In this document: in pieces, positions 55,347 through 64,000 of the stretch | Position numbering within the stretch: position 1 is the stretch's first letter | How the letters are laid out: every line of letters starts with the position of its first letter | NCBI GenBank assembly: GCA_026936335.1 | Contig: JAPMXV010000044.1 | Span: 124,001 to 188,000, forward strand | DNA length: 64,000 bases | DNA from: Mantamonas sphyraenae STR306 | Lineage: Eukaryota > Protista > CRuMs | Direction of reading: 5' to 3' | The notes under the pieces: model-generated | What the model saw: only the letters and a program-made list of their open reading frames with translations | Database searches by the model: none | What the model was told of the DNA's origin: nothing | Made by a program: the position numbers and the translations under genes

Positions 55347-58300
55347 ATGGACGAGCTGGACAAGCTGCTGACATCAGCAGCAGAGGTGAATGAATCGCAG
55401 CTTCAGATGTTGCTGGACACGCTGCAGGAGCGTGAGCAGAGAGCTGTGGAGGAAGAAGCGCAGGCAGTGGCTGCGATGGAGGAACAGCTCGTGCAAACCC
55501 AGCAAACCGTCGCCAACAACCGGTCCTACCCACTGGTGGCGCAACTGTGCTCACTCATCGCCCAGTACCAACAGCAAAATACACAAGAGCGAGCAGAGAC
55601 CGAGGTGGCACAGCCTCAGGATGTCGCAATCACCAAAGAACTGTGCGTGCAGCTGAAAACGGCTTGGAGCGCGCTCAACGAGTTTCTTTCACGACACGAC
55701 ACGACTCGGCCGTACGCGCAACGCACGGCGGAAGAAGCACACGGCGACCTCATGCATGCCTTTAAGTTATATCTGGAGTTCACCACGCGCTTCCACACCT
55801 GCCTGGACCATGCGCTGGGCGAGGCTCTGTCCGAAGTGCTTGTCCAGGACGCAGAGCAGGCACAGTCCCAGCAGCGAGCACGCAAACAGCAGCAACAAGC
55901 ACTTGCCACCGCCTCTGTCCTATTGAGTGACAAGCCATCCGACGCACCTGCCTCACCCGCCCGTGACCGCATCGATCGTGATCGCTCGCCCACCAAGCTT
56001 TCGTCGCTTCCCGGTAGCATGCTGGATGAGCAGCAGCCGCAGACCGAAAATCCAAATTATGGATCGTCGTCGTCGTCATCATCGTCCTCCTCCTCCTCCT
56101 CCTCCTCCTTTCCGCTCTGGACGGAGCTGGCAAACGACGTCCTTGGCCGCCCTCCGCCCACGGACGATACAGACCTGGAAACCGCACAGGAGGCTTGGAT
56201 GCACATGCGTGTGTTTTACACGGCGTACTTTGTGCACCGAATGGAGGGATTGAGTGGCAACGAGGCGCAGGAGACGCTGGAATGGCTCTCTGGCCTTGTT
56301 CCACCCAAGCACGCATGGCGTGTGTATGCTCGTCATCGCAGCCACGCCTTTGCCTCCCACTGCCCCATATCCTACAACGCGGAAGCAAACCCGCTGGCGC
56401 GCTTTGAAGCTCTCAGTGATCGCGTCGTGCAGCAGATCTCTCTCGATGCCCCTCTCGTCGCCCGCTGGTGTGAATGGCCTGCGTTGGCCCAGAGCTATGG
56501 CGACGATGACAACGAAGACGATGATGATGACGAAGACGAGGAGGAAATGGACGATTCGAGCGAGGGGAGCGACGAGGACGAGCAGGAAGGTGTCTCCGCG
56601 TCGTTCAATCGTGCCATGCGCATGCGTTCCGGTCCTCTACTGAGTGTGCTCAGTGATCTGTGTCTGCGACAGTACACGTCATCGCTTGGCGTATTCTTGA
56701 GTGTGGAACGGCCTCGCATGCACAGCACGAGCAGCAGCAACGGTGCATCCGCCGGCGGCGACACGCACGCTCGCACGATCCAGGCACACCTTCGCACGTA
56801 TGCACGCTTCATGCAGGTGTTTTCTCACCACCTGCCGCAGGTGAGCGCACGTATCAACACCCTGCTTGTGTCCACGTGCGCCTCACCGTTGCTCAGTGCA
56901 CATCGTCCACCAGTCAGTGTGGCAGTGTTTTTCAACGCCGTTGCAGGTGACATGGCCACACCGCTCACCGCCGTATTCAACGCCTACGTCGATGCAGTCC
57001 TCTTTGCAGAGTCATACCAGTACAACTTGCTCAACCTTTGCCATGTGTACGACTACGCAGCTCAGGAGATCGAAGTGTTGGAAACCCTGGATCTCAGCGA
57101 GCACATGGCTGCGGAGGATTTGTACGCGGGTGCCACCACTGCACGCCATGATTCGGTGGATTCTACCGACGGAGTGATGCCCAAAGGCGGCGGCCGCTCC
57201 TCGTCGCTGAGCCAAGACGCAGCCATGTCCCCTCGCAGGCACTCCAGCACTGCAAGTGTGGTAACAAAGCCACCGAGTGTCGTGGAAGAGGACTTTGAGG
57301 GACTTGTGGAGTTGGGCAGCCGGGCATGGCTTGACGCTCAGCAGCCCACGACCGGGAACAACGAGGAGGGACGTCTCACGTCGTCGATGTCGCCCACGCA
57401 GGGTTGCGTGCTCCTGTCCTGCCACAAAATCATGTGCTTTGTGGACACAGTGCTCATGCCCATGCTCATACACGTGCCTGTGGTCGATCTGTACGAGTTG
57501 CACATGGACAGCCTGGTGGCGTGCATGCGCACATACACAGATCGTCTGCTGCTCGTAACCAGCGACGTACCCGATCACAACCCGCTTGCCTTCCTCTACG
57601 CGGCTCTCAACAGCGCGCTGATGCTGCAGCAGCGAGCCAATGCCTGGGTCGATGTCCTTCCTGGCAGCGACGAGGATCTCAGCCAGCTGCGTGCGCAGAC
57701 GGCACACGCCCTCAACTCGTTGCTGCTGCCCTGCATCCACACACTGACCACTCGTCTCACCGACGCCCACGTGCGCATCCTGCACGCGGCCATCCTCTCC
57801 GACCTCTCCGTCAAGGGTTGGCAAGACCAGAAGCAGTTTATGAAGGGTCAGCGCTGTAGCTATGCCGTGCAGATGCTCCATGTGCACCTGCACACTCTGT
57901 GGGATGCCCTGCATAGTTTTTGCACGCAACCATCCGTTGCAGTCGACGTCTTTGCCACTGTCCTCGACCACGCTCTCCTTGCCATTGCTGCACACTACCG
58001 CAGCATCAGCCCAGGCCGTTCCATGCAGGAACTGTACAAGATGGATGTGCTTGCAGTCGGCCATGTCACAGCTGAATGGTTGTCATGCATCGAGGAGCAC
58101 ACCAGCGAGCAAAATGCATCGCCGACGGTCCACCAACACCTCGACGCTATCCTCGACGCCATCCTTCTCCTCCTTTCTGAAGCTTCGTTCGTCGTGGGTC
58201 CTCTGGAATACGTCAACGAGCGTCTAGCCAGTCCGCCACCGGCGCCACTTGGCAACGACGACCTGCGCGACGTCCTGCACGTGTTCCTCGCCAGCAGCAG

Positions 58301-58607
58301 TGGAAGCAGCAACAACAGCAGCAGCAGTGAATCGATTGGCAAGAGAACACCCTCACCACGGCCGTCGGGCAGACTGGCACGCATGGTGGCCGTGGGCAAC
58401 CAGCTGGCCAAGGATCGGCTGCTCAACCTCGATCTGGACTGGTCTCGTCTGCTGGATTCCGCTCATGCCGCGTTGAGTGCTCAACAACATGTCATCAGCC
58501 TCGTCCAGCGTCGTCCCGAACTCCGTGTGGATGACTATCCGCCCGTGAGCGAAGACGAACAGCCGCTTGTCGACGCCCTCCAAGCACGCCTTTCCGCATT
58601 GGAGTGA
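55347..58607 (+). CDS. Large helical protein similar to KIAA0825/DUF4495; intronless
   Basis: C-terminal WQDQKQFMKGQRCSYAVQM..LW..VLDHAL..HY..SP..DV resembles the recalled KIAA0825 segment [20 protein letters not shown]. Confidence 0.7.
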   Translation: MDELDKLLTSAAEVNESQLQMLLDTLQEREQRAVEEEAQAVAAMEEQLVQTQQTVANNRSYPLVAQLCSLIAQYQQQNTQERAETEVAQPQDVAITKELCVQLKTAWSALNEFLSRHDTTRPYAQRTAEEAHGDLMHAFKLYLEFTTRFHTCLDHALGEALSEVLVQDAEQAQSQQRARKQQQQALATASVLLSDKPSDAPASPARDRIDRDRSPTKLSSLPGSMLDEQQPQTENPNYGSSSSSSSSSSSSSSSFPLWTELANDVLGRPPPTDDTDLETAQEAWMHMRVFYTAYFVHRMEGLSGNEAQETLEWLSGLVPPKHAWRVYARHRSHAFASHCPISYNAEANPLARFEALSDRVVQQISLDAPLVARWCEWPALAQSYGDDDNEDDDDDEDEEEMDDSSEGSDEDEQEGVSASFNRAMRMRSGPLLSVLSDLCLRQYTSSLGVFLSVERPRMHSTSSSNGASAGGDTHARTIQAHLRTYARFMQVFSHHLPQVSARINTLLVSTCASPLLSAHRPPVSVAVFFNAVAGDMATPLTAVFNAYVDAVLFAESYQYNLLNLCHVYDYAAQEIEVLETLDLSEHMAAEDLYAGATTARHDSVDSTDGVMPKGGGRSSSLSQDAAMSPRRHSSTASVVTKPPSVVEEDFEGLVELGSRAWLDAQQPTTGNNEEGRLTSSMSPTQGCVLLSCHKIMCFVDTVLMPMLIHVPVVDLYELHMDSLVACMRTYTDRLLLVTSDVPDHNPLAFLYAALNSALMLQQRANAWVDVLPGSDEDLSQLRAQTAHALNSLLLPCIHTLTTRLTDAHVRILHAAILSDLSVKGWQDQKQFMKGQRCSYAVQMLHVHLHTLWDALHSFCTQPSVAVDVFATVLDHALLAIAAHYRSISPGRSMQELYKMDVLAVGHVTAEWLSCIEEHTSEQNASPTVHQHLDAILDAILLLLSEASFVVGPLEYVNERLASPPPAPLGNDDLRDVLHVFLASSSGSSNNSSSSESIGKRTPSPRPSGRLARMVAVGNQLAKDRLLNLDLDWSRLLDSAHAALSAQQHVISLVQRRPELRVDDYPPVSEDEQPLVDALQARLSALE

Positions 58608-58702
58608 ACCCCATGAAGAATGATGTGATTGTGACCTAAACTCTTCCGAACACTCATTCTTGTGTGCATTGCATCCGTTCATTCACGGGTTTTTCACTCA
58701 AT

Positions 58703-59950
58703 TCAGGCGTCGCTCAGTGCCTCAATTCCTGGCAGCACCTTGCCCTCCAGCAGCTCCAGGGAGGCACCGCCGCCTGTGGACACATGGGTCACCTTGTCTT
58801 CGGTGTCCATCTGCTTGGCACAGGTGGCAGTGTCACCTCCGCCAATGATGGTGGTGGCACCCTCCTTGGTCAGTTGCACCACCGCATCCATGATTGCCTG
58901 CGTGCCTGCCACAAACTTGTCCATCTCAAACACGCCCTGCGGTCCGTTCCACACCACCGTCTTGGCCTTGGCCACCGCCGCCACGTTGAGGTCACTTGTG
59001 GCCGGCCCGCAGTCCAAACCCATCCAGCCGTCAGGGATCCCTTGTTCCTTGGTCACCGTCTGCACGTTTGCGTCGTTGCTGAACGCATCTGCAATGACAT
59101 AGTCCACAGGCAGGATGAGCTCCACGTTCAGCTCCTTGGCCTTGGCCACAAGCTTCTCCACAACAGCTGCGCCGTCCTCGTCATAGAGCGACGACCCAAT
59201 GTCCATGTTGTCCAACACCTTGGCAAAGGTGAACGCCATGCCTCCACCAATGACCATCATGTCCACCTTTTCCAGCAGGTTATCAATCAACTGGATCTTG
59301 TCCTGCACCTTGGCTCCACCCAGAACGGCCAGCAACGGCCGTTCCGGCTCGCTCAGCACCTTGGCAAACGCCTCCAGTTCCTTGGCCATCAGGAAACCCG
59401 CCGCACGCTGTTCAAGGTTCACGCCCACCATCGAGCTGTGCGCGCGGTGTGCCGTGCCAAACGCGTCGTTGATGTACACATCCGCCAGGGAGGACAGTTC
59501 GGCACAGAACGCTGCCTTCTGCTCGTCGCTGGCCACCACTTTGTTTCCGTCTGCGTCCACACCCTTGCCTTCCTCCTCCACGTGGAAGCGCAGGTTCTCC
59601 AGAAGCACCACGTCACCCGGCTGCAACGCAGCACACGTCTCCTGCACCTCGCTGCCCACACAGTCGTCCAGGAACTTCACCTCACGATCCAGCAGCTTTG
59701 CCAGCGCCGTGGCCACCGGCGCCAGTGACATCGACTTGTCCACACGTCCGTTGGGTCGACCCAAGTGGCTCATCAGCACCACCGACGCTCCTTTGTCCAA
59801 CGCATGCTGGATCGTCGGCACCGCCGCCTCCACGCGCTGCAGGTTGGTGATTTGGCCCTCGTCGTCCAGCGGCACATTAAAGTCCACCCGGATCAGAGCA
59901 CGCTTGCCCTCCAGGTTAACATCGTTGATCGTCAGCTTCTTGGCATCCAT
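58703..59950 (-). CDS. PGK: Phosphoglycerate kinase; intronless
   Basis: [62 protein letters not shown]. Confidence 0.98.
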   Translation of the reverse strand: MDAKKLTINDVNLEGKRALIRVDFNVPLDDEGQITNLQRVEAAVPTIQHALDKGASVVLMSHLGRPNGRVDKSMSLAPVATALAKLLDREVKFLDDCVGSEVQETCAALQPGDVVLLENLRFHVEEEGKGVDADGNKVVASDEQKAAFCAELSSLADVYINDAFGTAHRAHSSMVGVNLEQRAAGFLMAKELEAFAKVLSEPERPLLAVLGGAKVQDKIQLIDNLLEKVDMMVIGGGMAFTFAKVLDNMDIGSSLYDEDGAAVVEKLVAKAKELNVELILPVDYVIADAFSNDANVQTVTKEQGIPDGWMGLDCGPATSDLNVAAVAKAKTVVWNGPQGVFEMDKFVAGTQAIMDAVVQLTKEGATTIIGGGDTATCAKQMDTEDKVTHVSTGGGASLELLEGKVLPGIEALSDA

Positions 59951-60265
59951 CGTTGGTTTCGTTCTGCTTGCAGGTGGTTGCGATGGGGCGGTTGCGAAGA
60001 GCGCGGCAACGAAACTTCTTCGCCACAAAAGAGGTACGTCCAATCCAGGCCCAAAACGTGCCCATCCAATCGCCTGGTCGACCAGAGATCACTCCCGTGT
60101 ATTGTCCCTTGTTAATGGTGCCGCTCCTTTGGGGATACTTACTGCACAACTATTGCTGTGCCAGCAATAGTTGTCGCCTTGGGCAGCGGCTGCCGCGTAT
60201 CAGTTAGTTCACGCAAACACTCACACGCGCCAAACACCCGCATGTGCACACCCTCTGGACACAGA

Positions 60266-63022
60266 ATGAGACAGTGGACTCTTGTGGTATTGTGTATTGT
60301 TTGTGTGGCCTTGGTTGCACAGGCAAGCCGTGTGTCGATCCCCATCACCAGCGAAAGCGAGCGCGTGGTCAGCAGCGGCCAATGCGAACCGAATGCTCCG
60401 CGCCGCGACTGTGGCTACGTGGGCATCACGCAGCAGCAGTGCCAGGCCAAGGGCTGCTGCTGGAACCCGTACAAGCACTATGCGTGGTGCTTCTACCCGT
60501 CGGCTGCCCCGTACTACGTGGTCAGCTCCGTGCAGAACACTGCCGCCGGCTTGCAGTTTACGCTGAGCGGCAACGGCACGGCGCCCGCGCTGTACGGCAG
60601 CGACATCAGCCCGCTCACGGTGAGCGTGACCATGGAGACGCAGCAGCGCCTGCGTGTCAAGATTGTGGACAGCAAGAATGGACGATGGGAGGTGCCGCGC
60701 GAGTGGTCTCCGGACACCCAGCCGCCCAGCCATGCACCCAGCACCATGGACTACAACTTTGAGCATGCGGCCCAGGGGGAGGTGTTTTGGTTCCGTGTCA
60801 CGCGTGCCAGCACGGGCGAGGTGCTTTTTGACACGCAGACCACAGCCAGCAACGGTCTGCCGCCCCTTGTGTTTGAGGACCAGTTCCTGCAGCTTAGCAC
60901 CGTGCTTCAGGCCAACCCCAACATTTATGGCCTGGGCGAACGCATCCGTCAGCTGCGCCTGGACATCCCGGGACGCTACACCATGTGGAATTACGACATT
61001 CCCGACGCCGTGAACGACAACCTGTACGGCTCGCACCCGTTCTACATGGACGTGCGCCAGGAGACAGGCAACGCCCACGGCGTATTCCTGCGCAACAGCA
61101 ACGGCATGGACGTGCACCTGGACGACGGCATGCTGACGTACAACACCATCGGCGGCGTCCTCGACCTGTACATCTTTACGGGTCCCACCCCGGACTCGGT
61201 CATCCAACAGTACACCGACGTCATCGGCAAGCCCTATCTGCCGCCCATGTGGACCTTGGGTTTCCACCTCTGCCGCTACGGCTACCACAACGTCAGCGAG
61301 CTGGACTACGTCGTCACACAGATGGCCCAGGCCAAGATCCCCTTGGAGGTCATGTGGACCGACATTGACTACATGGACGCATACAAGGACTGGACGTTTG
61401 ACCCAGTCAACTTCCCGGTGGACAAGATGAACGCGCTGGTGAGCAAGCTGCACCAGAACAACCAGAAGTATGTGGTCATTGTCGACCCAGGCATCCACAA
61501 CGAACAGGGCTACAAGCCGTACGACTCGGGCATCCAAGAGGACATCTTCATCAAGGACGCCCAGGGCCAGGTGTTCATTGGCAAGGTGTGGCCCGGCACC
61601 ACCGCCTTTCCGGATTTCCTCAACCCCAAGGCCAACGCATGGTGGGCAGAGTCCATCCAGGACTTCCTCAACCTCGTGCCTGTGGACTCCCTGTGGATTG
61701 ACATGAACGAAATCAGCAACTTTTGCAACGGCGCATGCAGCAGCAGCAGCAAGCACCACCAGCGCAAGCAGCAACGCGTGGCTGGCCGTCCGCTGGGCTT
61801 CGATCCCAACAACCCGCCGTACGCCATCAACAACCAGAACAACCACGCCAGCCTGGAGACCAAGACGGTGGCCATGGATGCGGTGCACTTCAACAACACG
61901 CTGGAGTACGACATCCACAACCTGTTTGGCTTGTCCGAAGCCATTGCCACCAAGGCCGCGCTGGACAAGATCCGAGGCAAGCGTTCGTTTGTGCTCAGCC
62001 GCTCCACGTGGCCCAGCAGTGGCGCGCACACGTCTCACTGGACTGGTGACAACACCGCCAACTGGGACTACCTGTACTACAACATCCCGGGTGTGTTGCA
62101 GTTCAACATGTTTGGCATCCCGCAGACCGGCTCCGACATCTGTGGCTTCCTGGGTGACACCACGGAGGAGTTGTGCACACGATGGATGGCCATGGGCTCC
62201 TTCATGCCCTTTATGCGCAACCACAACACCAAGGGTGCCGCGCCGCAGGAACCGTTCCGCTGGCCCCAGGTGGCCCAGGTGTCCACCAAGTACATTGGCA
62301 TCCGATACCGCTTGCTGGCGTACTACTACACGCTGCTGCACACGGCGTCCCAGACGGGCAGCACCATGGCACGCCCGCTCTTCTTTGAGTGGCCTGCCGA
62401 CACAACCACCCTGGGCATCGACAAGCAGTTCCTGCTGGGCAGCAGCCTGATGGTAGCACCCGTCATCACCCAGGGCGCCACCAGTGTCTCCGTCTACTTC
62501 CCCAAGGCCAACTGGTACGAGCTGGAGAGCGGTCGCCTGGTGGTCAGCGCAGAGAATGCCACCCAGACCATCACCGTCAGCGCTCCCATCGATTTTGTGC
62601 CGGCCTACATCCGCGGCGGATCCATTCTGCCCATGCTCACCGACGGTATGACCGTGCACGACACCATGCAGAACCCCATGGGCATGCTCGTGGCCCCCGA
62701 TGACGAGGGAGACGCACAGGGCTCGCTGTACCTGGACGACGGCGAGTCGCTGTCGCCCACCACTGTCCTGCAGAGTCAGTTTACGCTGTCCATGCAGGGT
62801 GGCCAGGGCACCATTGCCTGGACCACCACCACCGCCTCGCTGCAGACCCCCAAGCTGATGAACATCGAGCTGCTGAGCACCGTGCATGTCACCAGCGCCT
62901 CGCTCAATGGCGCCGCCATTGCCTCGTCCGACATTGTGTTCAACGGTGCCGCCACGGTGTTCTCCAACCTCAACGCACAGTACCAGCAGAGCGGCAAGCT
63001 GACCTTCAGCTACGCGCAGTGA
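60266..63022 (+). CDS. GH31 lysosomal-type alpha-glucosidase with an N-terminal trefoil domain; intronless
   Basis: Signal peptide; trefoil RRDCGYVGITQQQCQAKGCCW..WCFYP; LYGSHPFY; catalytic WIDMNE and HWTGDN. Confidence 0.95.
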   Translation: MRQWTLVVLCIVCVALVAQASRVSIPITSESERVVSSGQCEPNAPRRDCGYVGITQQQCQAKGCCWNPYKHYAWCFYPSAAPYYVVSSVQNTAAGLQFTLSGNGTAPALYGSDISPLTVSVTMETQQRLRVKIVDSKNGRWEVPREWSPDTQPPSHAPSTMDYNFEHAAQGEVFWFRVTRASTGEVLFDTQTTASNGLPPLVFEDQFLQLSTVLQANPNIYGLGERIRQLRLDIPGRYTMWNYDIPDAVNDNLYGSHPFYMDVRQETGNAHGVFLRNSNGMDVHLDDGMLTYNTIGGVLDLYIFTGPTPDSVIQQYTDVIGKPYLPPMWTLGFHLCRYGYHNVSELDYVVTQMAQAKIPLEVMWTDIDYMDAYKDWTFDPVNFPVDKMNALVSKLHQNNQKYVVIVDPGIHNEQGYKPYDSGIQEDIFIKDAQGQVFIGKVWPGTTAFPDFLNPKANAWWAESIQDFLNLVPVDSLWIDMNEISNFCNGACSSSSKHHQRKQQRVAGRPLGFDPNNPPYAINNQNNHASLETKTVAMDAVHFNNTLEYDIHNLFGLSEAIATKAALDKIRGKRSFVLSRSTWPSSGAHTSHWTGDNTANWDYLYYNIPGVLQFNMFGIPQTGSDICGFLGDTTEELCTRWMAMGSFMPFMRNHNTKGAAPQEPFRWPQVAQVSTKYIGIRYRLLAYYYTLLHTASQTGSTMARPLFFEWPADTTTLGIDKQFLLGSSLMVAPVITQGATSVSVYFPKANWYELESGRLVVSAENATQTITVSAPIDFVPAYIRGGSILPMLTDGMTVHDTMQNPMGMLVAPDDEGDAQGSLYLDDGESLSPTTVLQSQFTLSMQGGQGTIAWTTTTASLQTPKLMNIELLSTVHVTSASLNGAAIASSDIVFNGAATVFSNLNAQYQQSGKLTFSYAQ

Positions 63023-63068
63023 TCTTGGACCAATGAATGTGAACAATGAACCCCATTGATTGCGTTTT

Positions 63069-63759
63069 TTACTCCTTCTTCATGCCGTCCTTGTAGTTGG
63101 ACTGGAGGTGGCGGTAGTAGAGGGCAGGGAGGCCAATGGGCACAAAGGCGAGGGCTGCAAAGGTGAGCCATTCGCGCACGTGCGGGGTGGTGTTGCGGTC
63201 GAGGTCGCGGGCGGTGAGGATGTACATCTGGCCAAGGTTGTTGGAGAAGCCCAGCTGCTTGTTGCCGGCGTTGTCAGAGTACTCCATGGCGGCCGGGACC
63301 GAGTTGTAGATCGCCTTCTTCTTGGGCACCACCACAATGGCCTGCGACACATTGGCTCCACTGTGGCAAGGCGGCGCAGGGGTCAGCCATGGCACGTGAC
63401 GGCAGACAAGCGGCAGGGAACGCGTCAAAGGCAGGGCAAAAGAGAATGGGCGCGCTCAGGTTTGAAGAGATGTCGACACGCGGCCTGTGTCATTGCCGCC
63501 CGCTAAGGCAGCCACACAGGCCGCTGCATTCCGACTTAGCATAGAATATCAATGGGTAATCATCATTGACGCGCAAGCGCTGCATAGGTGGGACGGCTAC
63601 ACACAGGCAAGCCGCGCACAGCGGGCGAGAGGGTTGTTGGCGGCGAAAACTCACGGGGCAATGCGCGACCACTTGACCTTCTTCAGGCCGATGATGGGCT
63701 CAAACAGGTCCGGTTCCTCAAACCACGAGTCGTCCAGGACCGAGACGTCATGGGCGGTG
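63069..63759 (-). CDS. SSR2: Translocon-associated protein beta (TRAP-beta); last two exons, 5' part not resolved or outside the window
   Basis: Exons 63759-63655 and 63360-63069: AHDVSVLDDSW..VKWSRIAPGANVSQ..DRNTTPHVREWLTF..PIGLPALYY. Confidence 0.88.
63450..63574 (-). ncRNA. Candidate intronic box C/D snoRNA (about 125 nt) in the SSR2 intron
   Basis: Same strand as the host gene; box C AUGAUGA (63566-63560), box D CUGA (63459-63456), 6-bp terminal stem GCGCGU/GCGCGC, and a perfect 11-bp internal stem (63480-63490 with 63514-63524). Confidence 0.75.
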
Positions 63760-64000
63760 CTGTGGACACATGCGTCGGGCACACATACAGTCGGTGTGAG
63801 GCGGGGCGAAGCCGTGTCAGCGGGCGCGAGGTGAAGCGCGAGAGCGGCGAAATGCAACGCCACGTTGGCAACCGCACGCTGGCACAGAGAGGCAGGTGCA
63901 CAGCAAGTGAGACGCACACAAAGTGTCGCATACGCCCGAGATGCGGGTTCACTGTGTGTGCTGTGGCGTTGTGCAGCTGAAACATGTGCGTGGTGTGGCG

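Noticed and set aside
1-64000. Prokaryotic origin, CRISPR arrays, transposons, rRNA or tRNA genes
   Set aside because: Spliceosomal introns and eukaryote-specific genes occur throughout; no repeat-spacer array, transposase, reverse transcriptase or rRNA/tRNA signature was seen by eye.

Overview
Very gene-dense, GC-rich nuclear DNA from a eukaryote, probably a flagellated protist able to form pseudopods: it carries axonemal dynein DNAH2, RSPH14 and RIIAD1 alongside the WAVE-complex subunit Nap1. I reconstruct 30-31 protein-coding genes, many with short GT-AG introns, plus a candidate intronic box C/D snoRNA. Stop/start gaps are mostly 10-150 nt. I found no rRNA, tRNA, CRISPR array or transposon. 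The most unusual signal is two co-directional, functionally related gene pairs (SLC17 transporter to PQ-loop transporter; hormone-sensitive lipase to alpha/beta hydrolase) joined by bacterial-style ATGA stop/start overlaps. The two junctions share a near-identical 22-nt sequence (ACGCAGCC[G/C]AATGA..GAC.AC), which recurs at the internal ATG of frataxin. This suggests an operon-like coupled-expression system. Other points: a divergent eEF2 with an altered diphthamide loop, no TAG among 29 stop codons, an intron splitting a start codon, tandem EF-hand-like/SH2 modules, and a strand-skew switch inside the dynein exon. Family assignments come from recalled motifs, not database searches, and intron models are manual.
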